From Bdellovibrionota bacterium (GTDB lineage: Bacteria; Bdellovibrionota_C; UBA2361; OMII01): a stretch of 64,000 nt of DNA. The notes below the pieces were generated by a model. The model saw only the letters and a program-made list of their open reading frames with translations. It was not told where the DNA came from and did no database searches. Numbering within the stretch: position 1 is the first letter of the stretch; each line of letters begins with the position of its first letter. The stretch covers positions 1 through 64,000 of the forward strand of contig JBIJBE010000005.1 of the NCBI GenBank assembly GCA_044345405.1. Direction: 5' to 3'. Below, one piece after another: positions 38,340 to 50,058 of this stretch. Both the position numbers and the translations under genes were made by a program.

Positions 38340-40009
38340 AACATCCCTGGATCCGAGTAGGTGCCGAACACCTTACGATAGATATCTGATACTTCACCGA
38401 GGGTTACCCCGGCGTCAACGGCGTCGATAAGAACGGGCACTACGTTCCTGTTCTCCACACACGCTCGTTCGATCTCCTGCATCGAGTGCTGCCACTTCGC
38501 CTCGTTTCGCTGCGCTCTAAACGCTTTAATCTTCTCGATCTGTGCCTTCTCAGGTCCGTGGTCGATCTTAAGGGTCGGAATCTCCTGCTCTCCCCCCTCC
38601 TGGTACTTGTTTACACCAACGATGACCTGCTCCTGCGCGTCAACTCCGAGCTGAAACTGGTAGGCGGCCTCCGAGATCTCCTTCTGCGGGAAACCCTCCT
38701 CCACCGCTCGAAGCATTCCACCAAGGGCGTCTATCTGCTTGATATACTCCATGGCCTCGTGCTCAATCTCACTGGTGAGACGTTCGATGTAGTACGAACC
38801 TCCGAGGGGATCGATCACGTTCGTCACGCCACTCTCATCAGCGATAATCTGTTGCGTTCGAAGCGCTACGCGCACCGCGTCCTCAGTGGGCAACGAAAGC
38901 GTCTCATCCATGCTGTTCGTGTGGAGTGATTGCACCCCGCCCAAAACAGCCGCGAGCGCCTGCATCGCGACGCGAGCGACGTTATTGATTGGTTGCTGCG
39001 CGGTAAGACTGACGCCCGCCGTTTGGGCGTGCGTTCGAAGCTTACATGATGCGTCGAGCTTCGCTCCATAACGCTCTCTCATGAGACGAGCCCAGAGCCG
39101 TCTACCGGCGCGGAACTTCGCTATCTCCTCAAAGAAGTCGTTATGAACATCGAAGAAGAACGAGAGCTGCGGCGCGAAGGTATCGATCGCCATCCCTCGA
39201 CCGAGGCAGTGATCAACGTACGCCAATCCATCTGCGATCGTGAAGGCAAGCTCTTGCACAGCGGTCGAGCCGGCCTCACGGATATGATAGCCGCTGATAC
39301 TAACCGGATTAAACTTCGGCGCCGAAGAAGCGCAAAACTCAATCACATCGCACACGAGCTTTACCGATGGCTTCGGAGGGGATATCCACTCCTTCTGCGC
39401 GATAAACTCCTTGAGCATATCGTTTTGAATCGTGCCTCCGACCTTATCGAACGACACGCCACGTCGACGAGCAACCGCGAAATAGAACGCGAAGGCGATC
39501 GTCGCCGTGCAGTTGATCGTCATCGAGGTCGTAATCTTGTCCTGCTCAATTCCATCGAAGAGGGTCTCCATGTCTTGGATCGTGGCGACACTAACCCCCT
39601 CGCGCCCCACCTCCCCGAGCGAACGGGGATGGTCCGGATCGTACCCCATAAGACACGGCATATCGAAAGCGGTTGAGAGCCCCGTCTGTCCGTGTTCAAG
39701 GAGATATTTAAATCGTTGGTTGGTATCCTCTGGACTACCAAATCCCGCGAACTGTCTCATCGTCCACAGACGCCCGCGGTACATCGTTGGTTGAACACCC
39801 CGGGTGAAAGGATATTCACCGGGATAGCCAAGCTCTTCGTCGTATCTCACGGTCCCGCCGTTGTCGGGGGTCACGAGGTCCGGCTGGTCTCGAAAGCTGA
39901 TCGATTCGTAGGAGGCCTTGCGCTCCCTCTGCGAGGCGTAGCGCTGCTTGCGCCACTCCTCATACGAGGCGCTCTTGGAAAACGACGGTGCGCTAGGTTT
40001 TTTGCTCAT
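38336..40009 (-). CDS. Acyl-CoA mutase large subunit, isobutyryl-CoA mutase (IcmA)-type residues
   Basis: [48 protein letters not shown]. Confidence 0.9.
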   Translation of the reverse strand: MSKKPSAPSFSKSASYEEWRKQRYASQRERKASYESISFRDQPDLVTPDNGGTVRYDEELGYPGEYPFTRGVQPTMYRGRLWTMRQFAGFGSPEDTNQRFKYLLEHGQTGLSTAFDMPCLMGYDPDHPRSLGEVGREGVSVATIQDMETLFDGIEQDKITTSMTINCTATIAFAFYFAVARRRGVSFDKVGGTIQNDMLKEFIAQKEWISPPKPSVKLVCDVIEFCASSAPKFNPVSISGYHIREAGSTAVQELAFTIADGLAYVDHCLGRGMAIDTFAPQLSFFFDVHNDFFEEIAKFRAGRRLWARLMRERYGAKLDASCKLRTHAQTAGVSLTAQQPINNVARVAMQALAAVLGGVQSLHTNSMDETLSLPTEDAVRVALRTQQIIADESGVTNVIDPLGGSYYIERLTSEIEHEAMEYIKQIDALGGMLRAVEEGFPQKEISEAAYQFQLGVDAQEQVIVGVNKYQEGGEQEIPTLKIDHGPEKAQIEKIKAFRAQRNEAKWQHSMQEIERACVENRNVVPVLIDAVDAGVTLGEVSDIYRKVFGTYSDPGML

Positions 40010-40023
40010 ACGTTCCGCAGAAA

Positions 40024-41184
40024 CTACTCCTTTAAGAGCTGGGTGGCTATCAAGATCCTCTGAATCTCGCTCGTTCCTTCGTAAATCTCCGTAATCTTTG
40101 CGTCTCGAAGATGACGCTCCGCCGGATAATCAGTCACGAACCCATATCCCCCGTGGATCTGGATCCCTTTATTGGCGCAGTACATCGCGGTCTCAGAGGC
40201 CGAGAGCTTCGCCATAGCCGCCTGCCGCACGTAGCTCTTCTTTTGATCCTTCCGCTTGGCCGCCGCCAAGGTGAGATATCGGGCGCTATCGATTCGACAC
40301 ACCATCTCGGCGAAGTAGTTCTGAATCGATTGATGCTCGCAAATCGCTTTACCGAACGCCTTACGCTCCTGCGCGTACTTCAACGCGTCATCGAGCGCGG
40401 AACGGGCGATACCAACAGCCTGGGACGCGACACCGATCCGCCCACCGTTCAGGGTCGTCATCGCCACTGTGAAGCCACGGTTCTCCTCATACAGCAACGC
40501 GCTCTTCGGGAGGCGCACGCTATCGTATATGATGGTAGAGGTCGGAGAACCCCGAATACCCATCTTATCCTCGTGCTTGCCGCGAGAGATTCCTTGAAGG
40601 TTCATGTCGTGCACGAAGGCGGAGATCGCTTTATTTCCCTTAGAGGTATCACGTGACGCGAATACCACACAGACACCGGCCTCTGGAGCGTTCGTGATCC
40701 AGTTCTTCGTGCCGTTGAGAACGTAGCCGTCACCATCTTCTTTGTACGTTGTCGTGATCGCGGCCGCGTCACTTCCCGTGCTCGGTTCAGAGAGCGCGAA
40801 GCATCCGAGCGCCTGACCAGAGGCGAGACGGGGAAGGAAATACTTTTTCTGCTCTTCAGTTCCGTAATCGAGGATAGGTGTGACACACAATGAGGTGTGC
40901 GCGCTGACGATGATGCCGGTGGACGCGCACGCCGCTGAAAGCTCCTCGATAATTAATGCGTACGCGAGGGTGGAAAGTCCAGAGCCACCGTACTCGGGAG
41001 GGATAATAGAACCCATTAACCCGAGCTCACCCATCTTCGGGATAAGCTCTTTCGGGAAGTAGTGCTCTCGATCGATCTTGGCGGCGAGAGGAGCTACATC
41101 CTTCTCAGCGAAGGTGTGCGCGGTGTCACACGCGAAATTCTCTTCATCTGAAAGCTCGAAAGGGAAACTATCACGCCACACCAT
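40024..41184 (-). CDS. Acyl-CoA dehydrogenase (butyryl/short-chain type)
   Basis: [44 protein letters not shown]. Confidence 0.93.
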   Translation of the reverse strand: MVWRDSFPFELSDEENFACDTAHTFAEKDVAPLAAKIDREHYFPKELIPKMGELGLMGSIIPPEYGGSGLSTLAYALIIEELSAACASTGIIVSAHTSLCVTPILDYGTEEQKKYFLPRLASGQALGCFALSEPSTGSDAAAITTTYKEDGDGYVLNGTKNWITNAPEAGVCVVFASRDTSKGNKAISAFVHDMNLQGISRGKHEDKMGIRGSPTSTIIYDSVRLPKSALLYEENRGFTVAMTTLNGGRIGVASQAVGIARSALDDALKYAQERKAFGKAICEHQSIQNYFAEMVCRIDSARYLTLAAAKRKDQKKSYVRQAAMAKLSASETAMYCANKGIQIHGGYGFVTDYPAERHLRDAKITEIYEGTSEIQRILIATQLLKE

Positions 41185-41195
41185 AGAGAGCTCCT

Positions 41196-41990
41196 TTATC
41201 GTCCCGTAAATGTCGCTGGACGTTTTTGAAGAAACGCTGTCATTCCCTCTTCACGATCAGCGGTGCCGAAGAGCTTTAAGAATTCCTCAACCTCAAGCCG
41301 CAATCCGGAGAGAAGCAACGACTGGTGCGCCTGATTGATAACCTTCTTCGCGCCCTTGACGGCGAGCGGGGCTTTCGAAGCGATCGTAGTCGCCATCTTC
41401 TTCACTTCGTCGAGAAGCTGCGCGTCAGGGACAACCTTATCAGCTAAACCGATCACACGAGCCTCTTCAGCGCCGATAAGATCCCCGGTGTAGCAGAGAC
41501 GACGAGCCGCACCGACACCGCACCGTTGGATGAGTCGCTGCGTGCCACCGAATCCTGGAATGATACCGAGATTGACCTCAGGCTGGCCGAGTTTTGCGCT
41601 CTCGCAGCACACGATGATGTCGCACGCGAGGGCGAGCTCAAGGCCCCCACCGAGGGCGAAGCCGTTCACAGCCGCGATAACAGGAACCTCACACGTTTCG
41701 ATGAGCCGCATAGCTCGCTGCCCCAACTCTACGTAATCCGCTATAGGACGAGGACCAAGTCCGTTCATCGAGCGAATGTCAGCGCCCGCGACGAAACCCT
41801 TCGGTCCCCTTCCCGTGATTATAACGCTTCGGATGGAGGGGTCTGAGGCGATTTTTCCGAACTCGATGATAAGCCCCTGAAGAACATCAGGATTTAAGGC
41901 GTTAAGACTCTCCTGGCGGTTAATCGTAACCGTCACGATAGCCCCATCTCGCTCCACTAAAACGGTATTCTCTTCCATCAGCGTTACCAT
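41196..41990 (-). CDS. Enoyl-CoA hydratase (crotonase)
   Basis: FVAGADI, AVNGFALGGGLELALACD, GQPEVNLGIIPGFGGTQRL. Confidence 0.93.
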   Translation of the reverse strand: MVTLMEENTVLVERDGAIVTVTINRQESLNALNPDVLQGLIIEFGKIASDPSIRSVIITGRGPKGFVAGADIRSMNGLGPRPIADYVELGQRAMRLIETCEVPVIAAVNGFALGGGLELALACDIIVCCESAKLGQPEVNLGIIPGFGGTQRLIQRCGVGAARRLCYTGDLIGAEEARVIGLADKVVPDAQLLDEVKKMATTIASKAPLAVKGAKKVINQAHQSLLLSGLRLEVEEFLKLFGTADREEGMTAFLQKRPATFTGR

Positions 41991-42137
41991 AGAAATTCCT
42001 GTGTTAGATGAGATGCTTACTAGCGTACCGCTGTTTCGCCAGGGTCGCTATATTTTAGATTTGGGGTGGGGTAGGTGCCCGGCCCGCGAGCCCGGCACCT
42101 GGGGGAACGGGCGCCCTCCCATTACGCCCCGAGATCC

Positions 42138-42233
42138 GGGAGGGCGGTCATTCCTGACCGCCGCGTTAGAACCCTTCGAAAAAATACATGTGCCCTAAGA
42201 GACATTTCGGCGAGCAGGAATGCTCGCCCTCCC
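42138..42233. repeat. GGAG-type REP doublet (REPIN-like), copy 2
   Basis: GGGAGGGCGGTCATTCCTGACCGCCGCGTT ... GGCGAGCAGGAATGCTCGCCCTCCC. Confidence 0.8.
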
Positions 42234-42258
42234 GGGTGCAGGCCCCGACAACGCCCCC

Positions 42259-42612
42259 CTACCCCGGCGGCCAGACCAGCGGTCGCCCACCGATGACATG
42301 GAGATGAAGATGAAACACGGTCTGGCCCCCATCCGCGCCGATGTTGGTTACGACCCGATACCCACTGGGCTCAAGCCCCTCCTGACGAGCGACCTCCGCG
42401 GCGGCGAGCATTAACTCTCCAAGAATTTCGGCGTCGGTCTGCACAGCCGTCGCGATGCTCTCGATCGGCTTCTTTGGAATTACCAACACATGAACGGCCG
42501 CCACCGGATTAATATCTCGGAACGCGAGCACCCGTTCAGTCTCATACACGATCTGAGCAGGGATCTCCTTTCGAATAATCTTACCAAAAATAGTATCGCC
42601 ACCGTGTGTCAT
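42259..42612 (-). CDS. hinT: HIT family nucleotide-binding protein
   Basis: [29 protein letters not shown]. Confidence 0.93.
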   Translation of the reverse strand: MTHGGDTIFGKIIRKEIPAQIVYETERVLAFRDINPVAAVHVLVIPKKPIESIATAVQTDAEILGELMLAAAEVARQEGLEPSGYRVVTNIGADGGQTVFHLHLHVIGGRPLVWPPG

Positions 42613-42625
42613 AAGATCCTCCCGT

Positions 42626-44773
42626 TTAGAGATTCATCGCCATCGCTTCGACCTGATCGAAGACATCCTCTGAGCGAACGAAAGCGCTTCCTGAGACCTC
42701 ATCGTACTCAACTTGGATGAGATGTTGCACCCCATCTTTTACATCGTCGAGGTGCGTGATGATAAGGATCTGCTCGAATCGATTTCGCAACTTCTCAAGA
42801 AGAGCGAGCACATTCCCTCGTCGCCCCTCATCGAGAGACCCGAACACCTCATCGAGGATCAGAAGCGAGAAGTGTTGCCCGGCGCGCTCAGCTAACATAT
42901 GTGAGAGCGAGACGCGCATGCACAAGTTGAGGATATCCTGTTCTCCACCACTGATGACCGATTTAGCTTCGCCGTCCTCAACAACGGTGGGAGTAAAATC
43001 CTCCGCCAATTCAACGGCGGTGTATCGTCCATCCGTAAGATCCGCGAGATACTCGCTCGCCAACTCAGCCATTCGTGGCCGAATCGAGGAGTTCACATAC
43101 TTTCTAAACTCGGTAACCATCCGGTCACACTCATCGCAGAGGCGAACATCTCGACGGAGACGCTCCACCTCCATCTGCCGCTCGGTGAATTTCGCGATCT
43201 CTGATTTCGTTCGCTCTACCAACGCCTCTTTAGTGTTGACCTCTCCCTCAAGACGCACTCGCTGCAGTCGAGCAACCTCCACGAGACGCTGAGAGGCGTC
43301 GAAGGCACCCTTCTCACGGTTATAGTCCTCCTCAGAGAAACGAAGCTCAGCCATCCGCTCTGAGGCGAGTCGCTTATGCTCCTCAGCGAGCTTCCTCTCG
43401 CCTTCAACCACCTCACGTTCCTTTAGCAACGACTCAATCTTACTTTGCAACTGCACACAGAGCTGCAACTCTTGAAGCTTTGTCTCAGCGTGCTTTACTT
43501 TTTGCTCTATCTCAGCTCGCTCTTGCGCGATAGCGAGTGACGATTCAGGTCTACCCTGAATATCTTTGAACGCTCTCTCAAGATCTCGAACCTTGCCCGC
43601 GAGCGCTCGTTGCTCTCCCTGAAAGTGCTTCCGAACCTGCTCAAATGACTCGCCAAGCGACTGACCGCACGTTGGGCAATCACTTCCACCTTCGAGTTCA
43701 CCGACCTTTGAAACACGCTTCTCAAGTTGCGAGTATTGGGCCTTCGCCATATCTCGTTCAGCGGCGGCCTTCGAAACGGCCTCACGCCAGGCGAGCTCAA
43801 CGGTTCGCTCCTCCTCAATCTTGGACGCCAACCGCTCCCGCTCAACCGTTACCTGTCGTTTCGCCGCGGAGATCGCGTCATCGAGACCACGAGACCCCGA
43901 GAGAGGTTTAAGAATCTTGAGTAAATCCTCCTCTGCCAACGAGATCGTGGAGGTCAGGTCTGAGAGCCTTCGAGCACGTTCATCCAATCGAACCACCGCC
44001 GACTGAACGCTCTCCCTTTCTCGGAGGAACCGGGTCCGAAGCTCTTCAAGCTTCACCATCTTTTCTCGAAGCGCGTTAAAGTCGGACTCGGAGTTCTGCA
44101 AGGTCTTCTGCGCCTCGGCGTGACGCTCCCGCATCGCGGTCAATTCGTTGGCCTCAACCTCAAGTCTCTGCTCGATCTCTTCTCTCGTACCGAGGCTCGC
44201 CTCATATCCTGTAAGAACCGCTCGCTTCTCCTTGCGATCCCCTCGAATAAGCTCCTGAACCTCCTCAAGGCGATCGTAGCCCATCATGCGAACGATGAAC
44301 TTCTCACGCTCGGTGGCGCCCTTTTTGCCGCTTAAGAACTCCAATCCCTTCTGCTCGGTACAGTAGGTTGAGATAAACTCCTCATACGACATCCCGACAA
44401 TAGCGCTTATGCGCGCGGAAACATCACGACTTCCAACGGCGACCGGTTGAGACTCGCCACCGATGTAGATAGAGGCGTCATTGAGCGATCGCTCGATTCG
44501 AAATACAACGCCGTCATGCTCAAGGGTAAGCTCAACTCGAAGATCCTGCTCTTTTTTCCCGCGGCCCGTTTTCGCTGGAGCGGTGCGAGTTCGAACATCC
44601 TCGACACGACCTCGCAACGCGCGCGAGCCGTAAATCGCGAACCCGATCGCCTCAACGATCGTTGTCTTTCCTGACCCGTTCGTACCGATAACTCCAACCA
44701 AACCATCGGGAAACTCAACGTGGGTTGAGACGTGCTGTCGAAATAGATTGAGGGAGAGGCTACGAAGCTTCAT
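42626..44773 (-). CDS. sbcC: SbcC/Rad50-like SMC ATPase
   Basis: Walker [10 protein letters not shown], Zn hook CPTCG, signature ISGGE, Walker [12 protein letters not shown], coiled coils. Confidence 0.9.
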   Translation of the reverse strand: MKLRSLSLNLFRQHVSTHVEFPDGLVGVIGTNGSGKTTIVEAIGFAIYGSRALRGRVEDVRTRTAPAKTGRGKKEQDLRVELTLEHDGVVFRIERSLNDASIYIGGESQPVAVGSRDVSARISAIVGMSYEEFISTYCTEQKGLEFLSGKKGATEREKFIVRMMGYDRLEEVQELIRGDRKEKRAVLTGYEASLGTREEIEQRLEVEANELTAMRERHAEAQKTLQNSESDFNALREKMVKLEELRTRFLRERESVQSAVVRLDERARRLSDLTSTISLAEEDLLKILKPLSGSRGLDDAISAAKRQVTVERERLASKIEEERTVELAWREAVSKAAAERDMAKAQYSQLEKRVSKVGELEGGSDCPTCGQSLGESFEQVRKHFQGEQRALAGKVRDLERAFKDIQGRPESSLAIAQERAEIEQKVKHAETKLQELQLCVQLQSKIESLLKEREVVEGERKLAEEHKRLASERMAELRFSEEDYNREKGAFDASQRLVEVARLQRVRLEGEVNTKEALVERTKSEIAKFTERQMEVERLRRDVRLCDECDRMVTEFRKYVNSSIRPRMAELASEYLADLTDGRYTAVELAEDFTPTVVEDGEAKSVISGGEQDILNLCMRVSLSHMLAERAGQHFSLLILDEVFGSLDEGRRGNVLALLEKLRNRFEQILIITHLDDVKDGVQHLIQVEYDEVSGSAFVRSEDVFDQVEAMAMNL

Positions 44774-45935
44774 ACTTAGCCTCCACTCGAGTTACATACG
44801 ATTCAAGCAATGAGCCGATCTCATCTTGGCTCGCGCCGGGAACCTCAAAGCCCTTACTGAACTCTCGTAATTGATCCTTCAACAATCCCTTCCCCGCCTG
44901 TCCGACCGAACGAGCAAGGGGTGATTGCGAGGCGAAGGTGATGTCGAGGGTTAGATTCAACGCCCGCGCTCGCAGGACGCGCAGCTCCTTGTGATCAAGG
45001 TGGCGATAGGTCTCTCGGGAGAGACCACGAACCTCGAGGCGAACGATCTTGCCATCCATACCTCCAGCGATCGAATCGAGCCTATCCCGGATGAGCTCCA
45101 TAACGTCTGCGGGCTCAACGCCTTCAACGTCGAGGGGCTCAAGCACCGCAATCTCACGCGGCGACGTGAGGGGATGAAAGGTTCGCTTGCCACCGGGAAG
45201 AAGAACTTCAAGGAACCCTTTACCTATCGAAGCCTCACTCCAGATATTATTGGCGGTATGCTCGAGCGCGCCGGAATAGGCGGCGTTCAGCGCCACAGGA
45301 CGGTGAATGTGCACGTGACCGAGCGCGATATAATCCCATTCATGAGGCGCCAGAGCCTTGAGCTCAACTTCAGCGCCACCGAAGTCACTCACCCAGCGCT
45401 CATTCACCTGCCCATGCACGACGAGAATGTTATGCGCGAATCGGTCGTCGGCTCGTAACGTCACCGTATCGATCTCAAGCAACGCCGTATGCGGCAAACA
45501 CGAGACGGCGAGGCTCTTGTCCTTGAAGGTAAAGACCTCGAAGCCACTCTCCGCGACATAGACGTTCTCTATCTCACTAAAGAGCTGCAGCACGGAGCCC
45601 GTGTCAGCTCGCTTCGGCGTCTCGTGATTACCAGCGACGATAATAACTGGCGCTCCCGTATCTCGCGCGAGTCGTCGCAATTGTCGGAAGCAAAAAGTCA
45701 CGATCGAGTTTGAGGGACGCACCGCGTGAAAAAGGTCTCCAGCGATGATCGTGACGTCGGGTTCCAAGGAGATGATTCGCGTGATCGCCTCTTGGAACGC
45801 TAAATTTACATCGAGCTCACGTTGATTGAGTCCCGACTTGGAGAGCTTATTGTACCGACGATATCCCAGATGGACATCCGCCATGTGACATATGCGAATG
45901 GGAGGTTTTGACGTAGCGCTTATCGGGGTGGGCAT
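44760..45935 (-). CDS. sbcD: SbcD/Mre11 nuclease
   Basis: HMADVHLG, AGDLFH, AGNHE, ALGHVH; overlaps the sbcC start. Confidence 0.9.
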   Translation of the reverse strand: MPTPISATSKPPIRICHMADVHLGYRRYNKLSKSGLNQRELDVNLAFQEAITRIISLEPDVTIIAGDLFHAVRPSNSIVTFCFRQLRRLARDTGAPVIIVAGNHETPKRADTGSVLQLFSEIENVYVAESGFEVFTFKDKSLAVSCLPHTALLEIDTVTLRADDRFAHNILVVHGQVNERWVSDFGGAEVELKALAPHEWDYIALGHVHIHRPVALNAAYSGALEHTANNIWSEASIGKGFLEVLLPGGKRTFHPLTSPREIAVLEPLDVEGVEPADVMELIRDRLDSIAGGMDGKIVRLEVRGLSRETYRHLDHKELRVLRARALNLTLDITFASQSPLARSVGQAGKGLLKDQLREFSKGFEVPGASQDEIGSLLESYVTRVEAKYEAS

Positions 45936-46090
45936 AGAAAGGAACGCTAAAAAATGGCTAAACGGAATCTAACCAATCCTTCTCGGGACTTCAACGAAGA
46001 AGAGGCGGGTTAGCTACCATTATTGGTGGAACATACGGGGAATTTGCCCTGGCCCAGGGAGCTGGGGTTCGTGGAAACACGCGCCGAATC

Positions 46091-46885
46091 TTAGACCGAG
46101 GTCGACGTGTCGCTTTGACCCGAGGTGGCAGTCACTTCAAATTGAAACACCCAAATCCGTACATCCCCATGAGGGGCTGTGCGCAACCTACACGCGGATT
46201 GATAGCCATGCGCCTTCACGTCGCTCGGAAGCTGGACAGTCCGGTCGATGGTCACGAGGGGATTCCTTTGTAATGCGTCACGAATCTCGATGTAGAGGTC
46301 TCGATGCATCAGTCTAACAGCGAGCTCCTCCGCGCGAAGCGCGGGCGCTCCCTCAATCACGCGCCCCAGCAATTCATTGCAGTAAGCTAACGAACCGTCG
46401 CTTCGCTGAGCGAAGATCGCCTCATGGTTGAGCTCCTCAATCGCTCGCCGCAACCCGAGGATATTCACAACCTTTTGTCGATGCTCGTCGTTCTGACGGC
46501 GAGCCTGACTCAAACTGATGTGATTATACACCCGCGCGAGAAACGCGGTGCGATCGAGCGGTTTCGTCAGGTAATCGTTCGCCCCTGTTGTCAGTCCGCG
46601 AACAACATCTTTGCCATCAGTGCTCGCCGTGACGAGCACAACGGGAACGGAATCAGCCGCGTGGCGCTGTCGAATTTGACGCAAGAGATCAAAGCCATCG
46701 ATATCGGGCATTGAGATGTCGAGCAAGATAAGCGCGGGGATCTCTTTATCGATGAAATCCATGCACTGCGTTCCACTACCGCATTCAACGGCGTCGTACC
46801 CGCACGCGGCGAGGATCGAGGTTGCCATACCTCGACTGACCGGACAGTCGTCGACCACGAGAATTGACTGCTGTTTTGATGCCAT
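46091..46885 (-). CDS. Response regulator with uncharacterised (PAS-like?) C-terminus
   Basis: ILVVDD, LLDISMPDIDG, GANDYLTKP. Confidence 0.85.
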   Translation of the reverse strand: MASKQQSILVVDDCPVSRGMATSILAACGYDAVECGSGTQCMDFIDKEIPALILLDISMPDIDGFDLLRQIRQRHAADSVPVVLVTASTDGKDVVRGLTTGANDYLTKPLDRTAFLARVYNHISLSQARRQNDEHRQKVVNILGLRRAIEELNHEAIFAQRSDGSLAYCNELLGRVIEGAPALRAEELAVRLMHRDLYIEIRDALQRNPLVTIDRTVQLPSDVKAHGYQSACRLRTAPHGDVRIWVFQFEVTATSGQSDTSTSV

Positions 46886-47011
46886 ACCATTTCCTTATGC
46901 GCGACAACTCATGCGGGGCGCGTTCCCCTACCAACGGTGGCTCAGCTCTTGCAATCGTCGGTCTACGCGCAATCCTTTAGGAATGGGAGTTCCAAAAAGC
47001 CAAGGGAATAC

Positions 47012-47569
47012 ATGACCTTAGAAACCAACCCCTTAGAGCAACCTGCCAAAAGTGCGCAGGAGTTGCGGGGCGACGCTCCAAATTTGTCCACAGGATGCGT
47101 CCTTTTGGGCATTCTTAAGTCTATCGAGAACGAACTTCGAAAGAGGGAGCACCTCTGGTCCTCCGGTACTCCCCCAACCCCGCTCTGGTTTATCGCGGAG
47201 ACCGAACGAAACATCTTTCTGTGGCGAACGAACCAAAGCCTCGACGACGCTCGAAAGTATAGCTTCTGGGTCGATATACGAGGACTCATTAGTAAACGAC
47301 GGGAGCAACTCTCACGACCTCAGGATTCCAATCCGTTCACAAACCCCCTATGGGGGAGTGGCGCGCTCGATCCCTGCCTCGTTGAACGGGAGCGCGACTA
47401 CCTCGACGCCCTTGAGGATCTCATCCCCAACGCGTTCCGAAAAGCCGAGACGCTGAGTCGCGCCAGTGAATCTCTCAGACTTGAGATCGATCCTGAGGCG
47501 GTCCGCGCCGTTATCATCATTCCGACGCCTGGCTCGGGGCCCCTTCCGGCGAAGCCGCACGAACCGTAA
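47012..47569 (+). CDS. hypothetical protein
   Basis: ORF with AAGGGA upstream of the ATG at 47012 (track start 46937); no motif recognised. Confidence 0.55.
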   Translation: MTLETNPLEQPAKSAQELRGDAPNLSTGCVLLGILKSIENELRKREHLWSSGTPPTPLWFIAETERNIFLWRTNQSLDDARKYSFWVDIRGLISKRREQLSRPQDSNPFTNPLWGSGALDPCLVERERDYLDALEDLIPNAFRKAETLSRASESLRLEIDPEAVRAVIIIPTPGSGPLPAKPHEP

Positions 47570-47714
47570 GGAAGCTTTCGAATATCGTGCCCTGCCCCCG
47601 TAATTATTCACGGACATGCCCACGTAAACGTACCCGAAAAGGTACCGTTGGAGTTCCTCCTGAGTCAGGGGACCATGCCCTTTAGAAAAATATTGCGCTG
47701 ACCTGTCCCGTGGC

Positions 47715-47750
47715 TCGTTCACGTTCACGTTTACGAGCACGTTCACGTCC
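47715..47750. repeat. degenerate ACGTTC hexamer tandem (6 units), copy 2
   Basis: TCGTTC ACGTTC ACGTTT ACGAGC ACGTTC ACGTCC; 47721-47748 matches 7083-7110 at 26/28 positions. Confidence 0.8.
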
Positions 47751-47842
47751 GGATACCTCTCGCACCTACCATTTTCTTAGGGGAGCGCTTTAGCGATCTT
47801 TGCTATACTCTAGGAGCAGCAACCCCGTGCCCTGGGATACCT

Positions 47843-48985
47843 ATGACACACGCATTCATCGACCCCCTTGTCATCGAGACCGTCACACGACTCTGCGAGA
47901 CAGAGATTCCGAAGTACCAGAGCGACGAGCACTACAACACCATCCCACGCGCGCTGTTTACAGCGATGTGCGACGCTGGATTAGGAGGTCTCAGTATTCC
48001 TGAGGAGTACGGTGGTATCGGAGCGAGCGCGACGACAAGCGCCGCTGTGTATGAGACCATCTCCCGATACGACGCCGGACCAGCTATCTTTCTCTCCGTA
48101 CATTCCATGGTATGCGGCCTCATCGCTCGCCACGGATCTGAAGAGCAAAAACAGATCTACTTGCCCAAACTGGCGTCAGGAGAGCTCCTCGCGGCGTTCG
48201 CGCTTACCGAGCCACACGCTGGCTCTGATACCGCCGCGCTCGCCACTGAGGCGAAGATTACGCCCGAAGGCTTCACACTCAACGGAAATAAGTGTTACAT
48301 CACGAGCGCTGGATTCGCGGACATATACCTGACTTTCGCGAAGACCGAGGACGATTCCACATCCGGACTCTCAGGATATATCGTGCCAGCCACCGCCCAG
48401 GGCCTCTCATGGGGTAAACCGGAGAAGAAGATGGGAGCGGAACTCTCGCCGATCGCGTCCCTTTTCTTCGATAACGTCATAATCCCAAAGAACGCCCTCC
48501 TTGGAGCGCTCCACGGTGGACGCAAAGTCGCGCTCTCTGGGCTCGCCGGAGGACGGGTCAATATCGCCGCGTGCGCGAACGGGCTCTCACGTGCGGCGAT
48601 CGAGGACAGCGTGGCGTACATGAAGGAGCGACATCAATTCGGAAAAGCGCTCGTTGATTTTCAAGGGCTCCAATTTATGCTCGCCGATATGCACACGAAG
48701 CTCGCCGCGGCTCAACTTCTTACCGTGAACGCCGCGGGAGATATCGACGCCCTCGCGAATGGAGATACCTCCCGCAATACGAAGCTCTCCTCATCAACCG
48801 CGAAGTGCTTCGCCACGGACGCGGCGATGGCGATCACAACCGATGCCGTTCAACTCTTCGGCGGAGCGGGGTATATCAAGGACTATACCGTTGAGCGCTA
48901 CATGCGCGACGCGAAGATGCTCCAGATCGTTGAAGGCACAAACCAGATTCAGCGGGTCATCATCGCTCGTGAGCTAATCGACTAA
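47843..48985 (+). CDS. Acyl-CoA dehydrogenase
   Basis: AFALTEPHAGSD, NGNKCYIT, GGRVNIAA, FGGAGY, IVEGTNQIQR. Confidence 0.93.
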   Translation: MTHAFIDPLVIETVTRLCETEIPKYQSDEHYNTIPRALFTAMCDAGLGGLSIPEEYGGIGASATTSAAVYETISRYDAGPAIFLSVHSMVCGLIARHGSEEQKQIYLPKLASGELLAAFALTEPHAGSDTAALATEAKITPEGFTLNGNKCYITSAGFADIYLTFAKTEDDSTSGLSGYIVPATAQGLSWGKPEKKMGAELSPIASLFFDNVIIPKNALLGALHGGRKVALSGLAGGRVNIAACANGLSRAAIEDSVAYMKERHQFGKALVDFQGLQFMLADMHTKLAAAQLLTVNAAGDIDALANGDTSRNTKLSSSTAKCFATDAAMAITTDAVQLFGGAGYIKDYTVERYMRDAKMLQIVEGTNQIQRVIIARELID

Positions 48986-48996
48986 GATACGTCGCG

Positions 48997-50028
48997 CTAG
49001 CTCGATCGGTTTTTCATATCCACTACTCGCAAGAAGGTCGTCGGATCAATATTTGAACCACACACGATCAACGCGCAGGTGTAGTCAGTCAGCCGATCGC
49101 GCTCTTTAAGATACGCCGCGACCGAGAGCGCCCCCGCTCCCTCCACTACGAGTCTATGCTCATAAAAGAGGTATCGCATGGCAGCGCTAATGTCCTGCTC
49201 CTCGACGAGGATCCACTGATCGATCAACGCCTTGCACATATCGATAGTTATCGACCCCTCCTCAACGGAGCCCGCGGTGCTATCAGAGAGCGTCTCAAGA
49301 TGCGCCGTAAAATCATCTGAGATACCGGTCACCCTGTCATACATCCCCGCCGAATTAGCGGGAGAGACACCGACGATCCGAATAGAGGGCTTGACCGCCT
49401 TGAGATACGCGGCGACCCCGGCGACGAGTCCACCACCACCGACTGCGACCAAAACGACGTCGACATGCGGAACGCGATCGAAGAGTTCAACAGCGATCGT
49501 GCCTTGTCCCGCGATGACCCACGGGTCGTTGTACGGAGAGATGAACGTTTTACCCGTCTCGCGCGTGACTTGTCGCGCCTTGCGCTCGCACTCATCATAC
49601 GATTCTCCAACGATATGCACGGAGCACGAATACTCCTCTAACATCCGTTTACGCGCCGGATCGACGGAGCGGGGAAGAAAGATAGTCGAATTAACACCGT
49701 GCACCTCTGACGCCATGGCGACACCGAGGCCGTGATTGCCCGCTGAACACGCCACAACTCCCCGGTCACGCTCCTGATCGGAGAGCGCGCTGAGACGATG
49801 GAGCGCTCCTCGAGCCTTAAAGGAACCGGTGATCTGCTGACACTCCAATTTGAGCCATACCTCTCCCGCAGAACTCTCTAATGAGCGCGCCCGTTCGACA
49901 CCCGTTTCACGGATATATGGTTTGATAACACCATGAGCTTGGCGCACACTCTCATGGCCAGCGAATACGGTTGTACGTGGTGTTTTACTCATGGGTTGTA
50001 TGGTGCGCCGAATCGCGAATAAGCGCAC
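48997..50028 (-). CDS. PLP-dependent threonine/serine dehydratase family (start possibly 49992)
   Basis: TGSFKARGA, SAGNHG, GQGTIA, VGGGGL, EGAGA. Confidence 0.9.
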   Translation of the reverse strand: MRLFAIRRTIQPMSKTPRTTVFAGHESVRQAHGVIKPYIRETGVERARSLESSAGEVWLKLECQQITGSFKARGALHRLSALSDQERDRGVVACSAGNHGLGVAMASEVHGVNSTIFLPRSVDPARKRMLEEYSCSVHIVGESYDECERKARQVTRETGKTFISPYNDPWVIAGQGTIAVELFDRVPHVDVVLVAVGGGGLVAGVAAYLKAVKPSIRIVGVSPANSAGMYDRVTGISDDFTAHLETLSDSTAGSVEEGSITIDMCKALIDQWILVEEQDISAAMRYLFYEHRLVVEGAGALSVAAYLKERDRLTDYTCALIVCGSNIDPTTFLRVVDMKNRSS

Positions 50029-50058
50029 CCTTGTAGTGAGGCATGATTAGTCGGCAGC

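Noticed and set aside
47348-47746. 132-aa minus-strand ORF starting MNVLVNVNVNE
   Set aside because: The start arises from the hexamer repeat and the ORF overlaps the plus-strand gene antisense; no coding evidence.
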